A stretch of 49,487 bases of DNA, taken from the NCBI GenBank assembly GCA_043754535.1, contig JAYUUN010000036.1:1-49487 (forward strand), given 5' to 3'. The position numbers and the translations under genes were made by a program. The stretch is from Chloroflexota bacterium. GTDB lineage: Bacteria > Chloroflexota > Chloroflexia > QHBQ01. Every line of letters starts with the position of its first letter. Within the stretch, counting starts at the first letter, position 1. Below are positions 9,078 to 17,767 of this stretch, piece by piece. The notes under the pieces are model-generated. The model searched no databases, was not told the DNA's origin, and worked only from the letters and a program-made list of their open reading frames with translations.

Positions 9078-10424
9078 ATGCTGACCACGGAGCAGGGAAA
9101 GAGCGAAGCGATAGTCAGGGCAAAGCAGCAACCTGACGACGGCAGGCTGGGCCGCGACCTCACCTTCACCCTGTTGGCAGGGTTGCTGGTCAAGGTCGCC
9201 TTCGGCTTTAGCGAGCCGCTGATGGTCTTCTACTATAACTTCAAGCAGTTTAGCCCGCTCGACTATGGTTTGCTCACCGCCGCGATTTACGCTAGCCAAA
9301 CCCTCACTGCCCCGCTGATGGGCGTGCTGGCCGACCGCATTGGTCGCCGCAATCTGCTGCTGCTGACTATCGGGGGGGGGTTGCTGGCGGTGCAGATACC
9401 ACCACTGACGATCATCTTCCCGCTCTTGCTGCTCAATCGCTTGCTGGCGGGGGCGGCCAATGTCGGCTCGACGGCAGCCCTGCTCACCCTCGTCACCGAC
9501 GAAACCAGCGGCGGCCACCCCAAGCGGCGCGGGCGGGCTACTACCCTCTATCAAGGGGTAGAACTGGGCGGCCAACTGATTGGCCTGGTACTGGCCTCGC
9601 AACTGTTTAGCCGCATCGCCATCAATAGCTTCTACGTTGCCACCGCAGTCTACTTCCTGACCATCCTGATCATCTGGTGGCGGGTGCCAGAAACGCGACG
9701 CGGGCGGCTGGCTAGCGGGCCAGCCGAAGAAGCCCAACCGAGCGGCTGGCAGGAGACGCTGGCGAACTGGAAGATGCTCTTTCGCAGCCGCAAACTGTGG
9801 AGCTTCCTCCCGGTCTGGCTGGTAGTCAACGCAATCTTGGGGATGTGGTACGCCCACGCTGGGGTGCAGTTGCTCAAGAACCCCACCGCCAGCAACCAGA
9901 GAGCCGACCAGTTCCTGATGGGCCGTTTCACCGCTGGCGAACTGGGCCTCGTCTTCCTGGTCTACGCCGCCATCTTCGGTACTGGACTGGCGATCTGGTC
10001 GCGGATCATCAGCCGTTGGCGATATGCCTACGTGATGCTGCTGGCCTCTATCTGCGAGATCACCGTCTGCGTGTCGCTGCTGGCCTACAATGGGGTGGGC
10101 AGTGCGGGCGGTCTGGCCTGGCTGCTACTAGTCCCAGCCGGGCTAGCGGTGATGGTGGAGAGTGGATTCACCCCGGCGGCCCTCGGCTACCTGACCGATA
10201 TTGCCGAGCAGGTAGGTGGCGAACGCGCCCGTGGCACGGTAATGGGCTTCTATAGCACTGGCAATAGCCTCGGCAACATCATCGGTACTTTCTTTGGCAT
10301 CCTGATGATCCAGTTCTTTGGTCTCGGCCTCAATGGGCTGCTGATCGGCAGCGGCCTGCTTGGTGTTGGCGGCGTAGCGGCGGTGCTGTTCTTGATCCGC
10401 CGCGAAAATCAAGGTTTCAAGTAG
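9078..10424 (+). CDS. MFS transporter
   Basis: MFS motif A GVLADRIGRR; about 12 TM segments; AAGGAG RBS. Confidence 0.88.
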   Translation: MLTTEQGKSEAIVRAKQQPDDGRLGRDLTFTLLAGLLVKVAFGFSEPLMVFYYNFKQFSPLDYGLLTAAIYASQTLTAPLMGVLADRIGRRNLLLLTIGGGLLAVQIPPLTIIFPLLLLNRLLAGAANVGSTAALLTLVTDETSGGHPKRRGRATTLYQGVELGGQLIGLVLASQLFSRIAINSFYVATAVYFLTILIIWWRVPETRRGRLASGPAEEAQPSGWQETLANWKMLFRSRKLWSFLPVWLVVNAILGMWYAHAGVQLLKNPTASNQRADQFLMGRFTAGELGLVFLVYAAIFGTGLAIWSRIISRWRYAYVMLLASICEITVCVSLLAYNGVGSAGGLAWLLLVPAGLAVMVESGFTPAALGYLTDIAEQVGGERARGTVMGFYSTGNSLGNIIGTFFGILMIQFFGLGLNGLLIGSGLLGVGGVAAVLFLIRRENQGFK

Positions 10425-10432
10425 GGGGGAAA

Positions 10433-11884
10433 GTGGCTAAGAACAGGCAGCAGTATGATTTCGACGTGATTGCTATCGGCGCAGGCACTACCAGCCTGAC
10501 AGCGATCAAGACGCTGGCGAAAGAAGGCGGTGGCAAGTTGCGCCTGGCGATGATTGAGCGTGAAGCAGAGAAGGTGGGTGGTGACTGCCTGTTCTACGGC
10601 TGTGTGCCGACCAAGACGCTGCTGGCGACTGCCAAACTCTACCACGACCTGCAAACGAAGGCCGCAACCCGTGGCATCCAGGCTGAGAGTGTCAGACTCG
10701 ACTTCGCCGCCGCCATGCAGCACGCCCATGCCACCGTCAACCGCATTGGCGAAGTTAGCGATGCTCCCGCCTTCTACCGCGATCTCGGCGTAGAGTTGGT
10801 TTGGGGCGACGCTGGGTTCGTTGACCCACATACGATCCAGGTTGGCGAACGACGAATGACCGCCGCCTCGTTCGTGATCGGCACCGGCTCCCAGCCGATT
10901 GTGCCAGAGATTGGCGGGCTGGAGCGGGGCGAAATCCTGACCAATGAGACAGTATTGCAGCTAAGCACCCTGCCTGAGTCCATGCTGATCCTCGGTGGCG
11001 GGCCGATTGGCTGCGAGTTCGGCCAGATGTTCGCGCGCTTCGGCTGCCAGGTGACGATTGTGGATCACGGCGACAGCCTCCTGAGCAAGGAAGATGAAGA
11101 AGTAGCGGCAATGTTGCGTGGCTACCTTGAAGCGGAAGGCATCCGCATCATCCTCGGCGCAGACGTGCAGGGTGCCAGCAAACGCGGCAAGTTGAAGACG
11201 CTGACCATTCGCCATGATGGGGCTGAGGAGCAACTCAAGGTGGAGGCTGTCCTCTCTGCGGTGGGCCGCGAAGCCGACCTCGCCGCTCTGCACCTTGAGG
11301 CGGCGGGCGTGGCCGTAGCCCAAGACGAGCAGGGCAAGGTGCAGGGCATCCAGGTGAACGACCACTTGCAGACTAGCGTGGCCCACATCTGGGCGGGTGG
11401 GGATTGCGTTGGCCCTTACTACTTCACCCACGTGGCCGAGCAGGAGGGCCGCTTTATTGCTCGTAACATCCTGGGCGGCAAACAGAAGCGCAACTACGCT
11501 GCCCTGCCCTGGGTGACGTTCACCAGCCCCGAACTGGCGCACCTGGGCCAGACCGAAGCCGACGCGAGGGCGGCCCACGGTGACAATGTGGTGGTCACAA
11601 AGCTGAAGTTCAGCGAGATCGACCGCGCCCGCATTGAGGGGGATGAGGAAGGGATGATCAAACTGATCACCACGAAGGGGGTGCTAGGCAGCCCAGTGGC
11701 GGTGCGTATTCTCGGCGCACACATCCTCGGCCCAGCAGCGGGCGAGCTAATCCACGAGTTCGCCACCGCCATGAGTGCGGGCATCAACCCTGGCCTGTTC
11801 GCCCTTGCCTTGCACGCCTACCCCACCCTCGCACTAGCAAATCGCCAGGTCTTGGGCGACCGCTTCACCGCTAAGGACGAGTAA
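10433..11884 (+). CDS. Pyridine nucleotide-disulfide oxidoreductase (dihydrolipoamide dehydrogenase/MerA-like family)
   Basis: Redox disulfide GGDCLFYGCVPTK, GGGPIGCE, HAYPT; no C-terminal Cys pair, so not a true MerA. Confidence 0.88.
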   Translation: MAKNRQQYDFDVIAIGAGTTSLTAIKTLAKEGGGKLRLAMIEREAEKVGGDCLFYGCVPTKTLLATAKLYHDLQTKAATRGIQAESVRLDFAAAMQHAHATVNRIGEVSDAPAFYRDLGVELVWGDAGFVDPHTIQVGERRMTAASFVIGTGSQPIVPEIGGLERGEILTNETVLQLSTLPESMLILGGGPIGCEFGQMFARFGCQVTIVDHGDSLLSKEDEEVAAMLRGYLEAEGIRIILGADVQGASKRGKLKTLTIRHDGAEEQLKVEAVLSAVGREADLAALHLEAAGVAVAQDEQGKVQGIQVNDHLQTSVAHIWAGGDCVGPYYFTHVAEQEGRFIARNILGGKQKRNYAALPWVTFTSPELAHLGQTEADARAAHGDNVVVTKLKFSEIDRARIEGDEEGMIKLITTKGVLGSPVAVRILGAHILGPAAGELIHEFATAMSAGINPGLFALALHAYPTLALANRQVLGDRFTAKDE

Positions 11885-11909
11885 GCTCCAGGCTCAAGCC
11901 AACCAAGAC

Positions 11910-11935
11910 AAAACCGCACCCAGACCAGGTGCGGT
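11910..11935. terminator. Hairpin terminator between the convergent oxidoreductase and tRNA-Asn
   Basis: ACCGCACC/GGTGCGGT stem; A-tract on the left and T-tract shortly to the right. Confidence 0.6.
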
Positions 11936-11945
11936 CACTTTTTGC

Positions 11946-12020
11946 TGGCTCCTCGAGTAGGATTCGAACCTACAACCTTGCGGTTAACAGCCGCCTGCTC
12001 TGCCGTTGAGCTATCGAGGA
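11946..12020 (-). tRNA. tRNA-Asn (GTT)
   Basis: TCCTCGATAGCTCAACGGCAGAGCAGGCGGCTGTTAACCGCAAGGTTGTAGGTTCGAATCCTACTCGAGGAGCCA: cloverleaf, GTT anticodon, encoded CCA. Confidence 0.97.
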
Positions 12021-12046
12021 ATGGGCCTGCGCTTACTTGCTGGCGT

Positions 12047-12076
12047 ATTATACATGATCGCTTCTACCCTTGTCAA
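12047..12076 (-). promoter_or_regulatory. Housekeeping-sigma promoter of tRNA-Asn
   Basis: TTGACA-18 bp-TATAAT on the minus strand. Confidence 0.8.
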
Positions 12077-12137
12077 ACACAAAAAGTTGCCAAAGACAGC
12101 CGAAACCGCTATACTGACCGCTAGCGGAGGTTGTGAG

Positions 12138-12935
12138 ATGTTCGACGACACTATGGGCGACGGCCCGCCGATGCCCCACAGCGCAGTGGATCAGGAGTTG
12201 CAATACGCCCGCCTGCGCGCCGCCATGCTGCGCGACCAGCTACACCCACGGGGGATAGTGGACGAGCAAGTATTGGTTGCAATGGGCCGCCTGCCGCGCC
12301 ACCGCTTCATGCCAGCCGAGGTGCGCCAGTTCGCCTACGACGACCGGGCCGTACCAATCGGCCAGGGACAGACGATCTCCCAACCCTACATCGTCGCCTA
12401 CATGACGCAACTATTGGCGGTGCAGGCGGGCGAGCGGGTGTTGGAGATCGGCACTGGCAGCGGCTATCAGGCGGCGGTGCTGGCCGAAATGGGCGCAACC
12501 GTCTTCAGCATAGAACGCTATGCCAATTTGTCGGCCAGGGTATTGCATTTGTTGGCAGAACTGGGGTACAATGTAAGCACTCAAATCCACTTGTCGGTCG
12601 GTGATGGCAGCCTCGGCTGGCCGTCTGCTGCGCCCTACGATGCGATAATCGTCACGGCGGCTGCGCCCGCCCTACCAGAAGCTCTGGCTGACCAGTTGCG
12701 CGTTGGTGGAAGGCTACTGATCCCAGTCGGCGAAGCAAAGCTGCAAACTCTCGTCTTGTTCAGGAAGGAAGGAGGAGAACTGATCGCACAAAGGATGATC
12801 CCCTGTGCCTTTGTCCCGCTTGTTGGTGAGCAGGGCTGGGCCGAGGACGCTCCTCAGCTAGTGGCATTGCGGCAACAGCTTGCTGAATATGTGCAGCAAC
12901 AAAACAACGCCGCCTCTGCTGGGAATGTGGAGTAG
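12138..12935 (+). CDS. pcm: Protein-L-isoaspartate(D-aspartate) O-methyltransferase
   Basis: GQTISQPYIVA, VLEIGTGSGYQAA, APYDAIIVTAA, FVPL; GGAGG RBS before ATG 12138. Confidence 0.93.
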   Translation: MFDDTMGDGPPMPHSAVDQELQYARLRAAMLRDQLHPRGIVDEQVLVAMGRLPRHRFMPAEVRQFAYDDRAVPIGQGQTISQPYIVAYMTQLLAVQAGERVLEIGTGSGYQAAVLAEMGATVFSIERYANLSARVLHLLAELGYNVSTQIHLSVGDGSLGWPSAAPYDAIIVTAAAPALPEALADQLRVGGRLLIPVGEAKLQTLVLFRKEGGELIAQRMIPCAFVPLVGEQGWAEDAPQLVALRQQLAEYVQQQNNAASAGNVE

Positions 12936-13224
12936 TCTTTTACTTACGTACTGTTGTTACTTTGGGTTTTTGGCATGGGTGCCTACAAGTTAGCCTTAGA
13001 GTAGTTGTTGCCAATTCTGTTTGGAGAAATCGTCGCAAATGATCTGGGTAGCCGCTGTCCGTATGAGCGCAGGAGCGCACACAGGCTGTGTGTGTGCTGC
13101 TTCTGCCGATTAGCCCAGTGGGGTGGCCCGTAAGTAGCCCTCTCTAGCCTTAACAGAATAGGTATTGCTCGCCCGCGAAAGCGACTGCTTGTTGTGCGCC
13201 TTAGCCGTTGAAAGGTCAACCGCT

Positions 13225-16200
13225 ATGGCTGAAGTGAGGAACCTGGTGCGCGAGATCGTGCGCCGTGACCTAATCCAGTGTCCAATCGAAGTTGCTTATA
13301 CTGATTACCACGACCTACTTTACTACACTCAGCAGATATGGAACCGCATCTTCAATTCGGTGGGGCGCGAGAAGACTCGCCTCAACCTCGTCTATGCCCG
13401 CCATCTGTTGGAACTGCTCGAACGCTTCCCTGATGAGTCGACCAATGATATTGAGGTCAAGTGCCTGACTGCGCTGGGCAACTTCTGCACCAGCATGGCC
13501 GAAGCTCCCTCCGAGATCACCTCGTTGGAACGGATCGACTATGCCCTATCTGCCCTCTCTTGCTTCCGTTCGCGCAACGCCCTGATGCCGCTTAATGCTA
13601 CAAGCCTGACCCTGGTACGCGTGGCCTTGCAAGTCTACCTCAGTGCGCTGGTCGATCTGCGCGCCCCCCAAGCCGAGTACGACTTCAGTGAAGTGGCCCA
13701 CGAAATGGACGAAGCTCTAGACCCATACCAGACGCTGATCCTGCAAACCGCCAGCAACCGCAATGCGATCCGCAACAACCTGCTGTTCGACTTCTTCCGC
13801 GCTCGTGTGCGTCCCCTCGTCAACCAGGGCAAGCGGGTGGAGTTTGAGAAAGCCTTTACTGCCGCTCGCGCCTACATTGATCCCACCCTCCTTAGCCCCG
13901 AACGACGAGCCGCCTGGCAGAACTTCAAGGTGGAGTCGGAGGCAGGCCAGAGTCGTGAGCAACTGGCCGAGGCCCGCGAAGTCGAGTTGCGCGCCAACCC
14001 CCTTGCTGTGGAGTCGGATGCTGCGCCAACCACTGCCAGTGCAGCAGCCAGCCCAACCACCGCCGCCACCGAGCCAGAGTTGGTGCCAGACGGTGACGAA
14101 GAATTGACCAACTCGTTTGAGGAGGAGTTGGCAACCCACCTCGGCCCGATCCGCAGCCCCCGCATCTGGCTTGAGCAGAAGATGACCCCCAACGACCCCC
14201 AGCGTGGCACCAGTATGCCCCAGGTACTCTTTCAGCTTGTGCAGGGTGGCATTGATGCTTATAAGATGGGTGACTATGAGGCGGCCCTACGCCAGTTCAA
14301 CCAGGCCGACTTGCAGAACCCCAGTGCCACCTTCCGCCACGTCCTCTTTTACAACCGCGCCGCAACCCTGCTGGCGATGAACGAGGCGGGCAAGAGCCAA
14401 CAGGCCGAGCAACTGCTGGAGCAGGCGACCAGCCTGGGCAGTCGCCTGCCTGGTCTGCGCTGGAATCTGGCGGTTGCCTATTGGCGCAATCATGGTGTAG
14501 ACAAGCGGCTGATCGACACCCTCAACGAGGTGGTAGATGCTGGGCGCAAAGCTCCACTCTGCTCTGCCGCCGCCTGCTACCTGCTTGGCAACGCACTGGG
14601 GTCGATGGAGGCACTCTTGCGGGCGAAGGCACTACCCGGTTCTGTCCCCGATCTAGACGAGGAGTTGCAGAAGTTGGCCGCCGACTACCCCAACCTCGCA
14701 CCGCAACTGAGCGCAGAGCTAGCTCGCCTGCGTGCCAACTACCCCCCCCAGCCCGCCCGCCCCGCCGAGCAGCCCTATCAGCCAGAGCAACCCTACCAGC
14801 GTACGCCCTACGGCCAGCCGCCCTACACCTTCCCCAACCAGACCCAGCAGCCCTACGGTCAGCCGCCACAGCCGCAGCAACCTGCTTACGGCCAACCACA
14901 ACCGTCACAGCCCCCCTACGGTCAGCCGCAGCCGACCCAGCCAACTTACGGCCAACCACAATCGCCGCAACCGCCTTACGCTCAGCCGCAGCCAACCCAG
15001 CCGCCCTACGGTCAAGCGCAGCAGCCGTACCAGCAACCCTACCCTCGTCCCTACAATGCCCAGGCTGGCTACAGCAGCAACCCCAATCAACCATACCCCC
15101 GCCCCTACAATGCCCAGGCTGGCTACAGCAGCAACCCCAACCAGCAACCCTACCCCCGTCCCTACAATGCTCAGGCTGGCTACAGCAGCAACCCCAACCA
15201 GCAACCCTACCCCCGTCCCTACAATGCCCCGGCTGGCTACCATCCGCCGCGTCCGCAGGGTGAATACCAGCAGCCCCCAGCAGCAAATGGGGAGCAGCGG
15301 GCCAGCTTCGCTCCCCCCAGCCGCCTTGGTGGGATCGTGGAGCAGTATGGCAAGCTGCTCGATCTGCTCGTCCCCTTTGCCGACGGCACCAGTGAGGAGG
15401 AGGAGTTGCAGCGTAGCCAGCTTGAGTTCTCCCTGGGCCTGGCTCGGTTGGAGCAGCAGACTGCTGCCCTTGAGGGAGCTACCCAGCAAGCTGTTGCCCC
15501 CTTGTTCGACAAGTGGCGGCGGCTGGGCGAGGTGCTGGCTGGACGGGTGCAGAGCGGCCTCAGCCAGAGCCTGATCCTGGTCAAGGCCGTGCAGCGGCAG
15601 ATCAGCGACGCTGCCAAACCGAGCGGGTTGGTGATCGCCCTCACCAACCAGGATGTGGTAGCCAGCGTCAGCAATATTGAACTACGCCTACCTCCCCGCC
15701 CTGACACCTACACCCTGGCGAGTGAGGTGGGCGCAGATGGTGAGGGGGCCATCCTGCGCGTTCCTATGCTGGGGCCGGGTGCCACCCGCTACCTCAAGTT
15801 CAATCTAGCCCCGCTGCGCCCTGGCCCACTAGACCTGGTGTTCGAACTAGCCTACCAGGTTAGCGGCGGTGACGACCAGCAGCCCAGCCACCACCGCAGC
15901 CACGTACTGCTGCAACCAGCATTGCAGGCTGCCCGTATTGACCCAGTATCCAGCTTCTACCTAGCGGGCGAGTCGATACCCGAAGACCGCGACGACATCT
16001 TCAAGGGGCGCGGTGAGGAGATTGCCCGTGTCAAGGCCAGCCTGGGCCTCGGCACTGGCGGTTCGCGCCACCAGAGCATGATCCCCTACCTGACTGGCAT
16101 CAGCAAGGTGGGCAAGTCCAGCCTGCTCAACAACCTGACCAACCCCCGCTTGCACCCCGACCTACACCAGAGCTTCCTGCCCGTGCGTATCAGCATGGAC

Positions 16201-17589
16201 GAGTACCAGGGCGACGAGTACAAGCTACCCTTCTTCCTCAAGGCACTGGCGGCCCGCATCGGTAAGGCGATGACCGCAGCGGGCTACAGCGCGCCCGCTA
16301 TTGAACCTTTGTGGCCGATGTTGCGCGAGGCTCCACTGATCACCTTCTTTGACGACTACCTGGGGGCAGTCAGCGACACCCTGCGCCCACGTCGCCTGCT
16401 GCTGATGTTCGATGAGTTCCGCTACCTGGCCGACAAGATACGGATGGGCGATTGGGACAGCGGCTTCCTCAGCAAGCTCCGCACCCTCTACCAGAACGGC
16501 CTGGTTGGGCTGATCTTTGCTGGGCGCGGCAACTTCAGCGAGGTTACACGCGGCCTCAACGAGCCGAGTCTGTTGGACTCGGTGCGCGACCAGCCGCTTA
16601 GCTTCCTCAACCCTGGCGCGGTGCGCGAACTGATCGAGCAGCCTAGTGGAGCGAGGGGCATCACCTTCGTGCCAGAGGCGGGCGGGCTGATCAGCCAGTT
16701 GACTGGCGGCCACCCCTTCTTCGTTCAGTCGCTTTGCCACGACGTGATCAGCGAGGTGCTGAACCGCGAGCGGCGCAAGGTGGTGATTCCAGAGGATGTC
16801 AAGCAGATCAACAAGCTCTATCTGCAATCCGACAACCTCTTTTCGCATATCTGGAACGGCGAGATGCGCGAGGTTCATCAGGAGGTGATCTTTACCCTCT
16901 TGCAGTTGCAGGAGGGCAGCAACAACTTTGTGGATCGTGGGGCGTTGGTCGCGGGCATCAGCCACTACCCACCCCGCGATGTGGCGACGGCAGTCGAGTT
17001 CCTACGCCAGCGCGAGGTGCTGGAGGAGTCTTCTAGCAGCGAACATTTCGTCCGTATCCGCATCCCTTTGCTCTATGGCTGGTTCCAGAACAAGCACACT
17101 CGTGGTCTGAGCCTGGCCCCTTCGCGAGTGGAACGCTTGCAGGACGTGCAGACGCTCACCGAGCAGGTGATCCGCCTGCGGCGCAAGTGTAACCAGTGGC
17201 GCGCTAACGTCTTCAAGGAAGATGCTTCGGATAGCAGCGTAGCCGAGGAGATGATGCATCTGGCGGCGGAGAGTTGGGCCGACTTCGAGCGGCTGGTGCA
17301 GTTGATCTACAAGTACATCGGCAACGAGGCGATCATCAACCGCGACTACCTGCGCGAGGTGCCACGCTTCGGCGAACTGGTGCGCGACTTGCAGGCAATC
17401 CGCAACGGCGTAGCCCATCGTCTGGACAATGACCGCTACCCGGACAGTGCCGACGCGGCTTACAAGGCGATAGACAAGTACCTCGGCCACCAGCCGGTAG
17501 CCGCCAGCGACTTCCTGGAGTTGCAGGAACTGGTGCTGCGCTCGGCGATCAGTGGCCTCAACGAGTTGCGCGAGGCGGTTGAACGCTAG
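13225..17589 (+). CDS. Large multidomain STAND-like ATPase: helical/TPR, P/Q/Y/N low-complexity repeats, Ig-like, AAA+ NTPase, wHTH, HEPN-like C-terminus (~1454 aa)
   Basis: FKGRGEEI, Walker A GISKVGKS (16096-16119), Walker B LLLMFDEF, TGGHPFFVQ, C-terminal RNGVAH (17401-17418); TPR-like helices around 14220-14600. Confidence 0.8.
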   Translation: MAEVRNLVREIVRRDLIQCPIEVAYTDYHDLLYYTQQIWNRIFNSVGREKTRLNLVYARHLLELLERFPDESTNDIEVKCLTALGNFCTSMAEAPSEITSLERIDYALSALSCFRSRNALMPLNATSLTLVRVALQVYLSALVDLRAPQAEYDFSEVAHEMDEALDPYQTLILQTASNRNAIRNNLLFDFFRARVRPLVNQGKRVEFEKAFTAARAYIDPTLLSPERRAAWQNFKVESEAGQSREQLAEAREVELRANPLAVESDAAPTTASAAASPTTAATEPELVPDGDEELTNSFEEELATHLGPIRSPRIWLEQKMTPNDPQRGTSMPQVLFQLVQGGIDAYKMGDYEAALRQFNQADLQNPSATFRHVLFYNRAATLLAMNEAGKSQQAEQLLEQATSLGSRLPGLRWNLAVAYWRNHGVDKRLIDTLNEVVDAGRKAPLCSAAACYLLGNALGSMEALLRAKALPGSVPDLDEELQKLAADYPNLAPQLSAELARLRANYPPQPARPAEQPYQPEQPYQRTPYGQPPYTFPNQTQQPYGQPPQPQQPAYGQPQPSQPPYGQPQPTQPTYGQPQSPQPPYAQPQPTQPPYGQAQQPYQQPYPRPYNAQAGYSSNPNQPYPRPYNAQAGYSSNPNQQPYPRPYNAQAGYSSNPNQQPYPRPYNAPAGYHPPRPQGEYQQPPAANGEQRASFAPPSRLGGIVEQYGKLLDLLVPFADGTSEEEELQRSQLEFSLGLARLEQQTAALEGATQQAVAPLFDKWRRLGEVLAGRVQSGLSQSLILVKAVQRQISDAAKPSGLVIALTNQDVVASVSNIELRLPPRPDTYTLASEVGADGEGAILRVPMLGPGATRYLKFNLAPLRPGPLDLVFELAYQVSGGDDQQPSHHRSHVLLQPALQAARIDPVSSFYLAGESIPEDRDDIFKGRGEEIARVKASLGLGTGGSRHQSMIPYLTGISKVGKSSLLNNLTNPRLHPDLHQSFLPVRISMDEYQGDEYKLPFFLKALAARIGKAMTAAGYSAPAIEPLWPMLREAPLITFFDDYLGAVSDTLRPRRLLLMFDEFRYLADKIRMGDWDSGFLSKLRTLYQNGLVGLIFAGRGNFSEVTRGLNEPSLLDSVRDQPLSFLNPGAVRELIEQPSGARGITFVPEAGGLISQLTGGHPFFVQSLCHDVISEVLNRERRKVVIPEDVKQINKLYLQSDNLFSHIWNGEMREVHQEVIFTLLQLQEGSNNFVDRGALVAGISHYPPRDVATAVEFLRQREVLEESSSSEHFVRIRIPLLYGWFQNKHTRGLSLAPSRVERLQDVQTLTEQVIRLRRKCNQWRANVFKEDASDSSVAEEMMHLAAESWADFERLVQLIYKYIGNEAIINRDYLREVPRFGELVRDLQAIRNGVAHRLDNDRYPDSADAAYKAIDKYLGHQPVAASDFLELQELVLRSAISGLNELREAVER
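14878..15021 (+). repeat. 30-bp (10-aa) coding tandem repeat, consensus QPxYGQPQPx, ~5 copies
   Basis: Units start at 14878, 14908, 14938, 14968 and 14998. Confidence 0.85.
15037..15240 (+). repeat. 54-57-bp coding tandem repeat PYPRPYNAQAGYSSNPNQ(Q), ~3.6 copies
   Basis: Near-identical units start at 15037, 15091, 15148 and 15205. Confidence 0.92.
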
Positions 17590-17618
17590 CGTGGTCGCTG
17601 ATGAACGAGCGTAAGTGG

Positions 17619-17649
17619 GAGAGGTAGGCAGGTTGCCTACCTCTCTTTT
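17619..17649 (+). terminator. Intrinsic terminator after the STAND-like gene
   Basis: GAGAGGTAGGCA-ggt-TGCCTACCTCTC followed by TTTT. Confidence 0.85.
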
Positions 17650-17673
17650 CGTTCGCCGCAGCCCTGCATGATC

Positions 17674-17682
17674 TGGTATAAT
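17674..17682 (+). promoter_or_regulatory. Extended -10 promoter
   Basis: TGGTATAAT upstream of the MFS gene at 17768. Confidence 0.5.
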
Positions 17683-17767
17683 CAGCAGCAGTGCGACGCT
17701 GGCGGGCGAAACAAACGGGTCGCTATCCAGGTCGAAGCAAGCAATAAAGCGCGAAAGAGAAGGTAAT

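Noticed and set aside
10433..11884. Mercuric reductase MerA
   Set aside because: No C-terminal Cys-Cys pair, no N-terminal HMA domain and no mer operon genes.
14878..15240. Tandem repeats as a possible CRISPR array
   Set aside because: Units are contiguous multiples of 3 with no unique spacers, vary at synonymous positions and lie within a long ORF; no cas genes are present.
11946..17650. Integrative element at tRNA-Asn (or at tRNA-Gly, 40501-40575)
   Set aside because: No integrase, no duplicated tRNA 3' end noticed, and the flanking genes have host-like composition.
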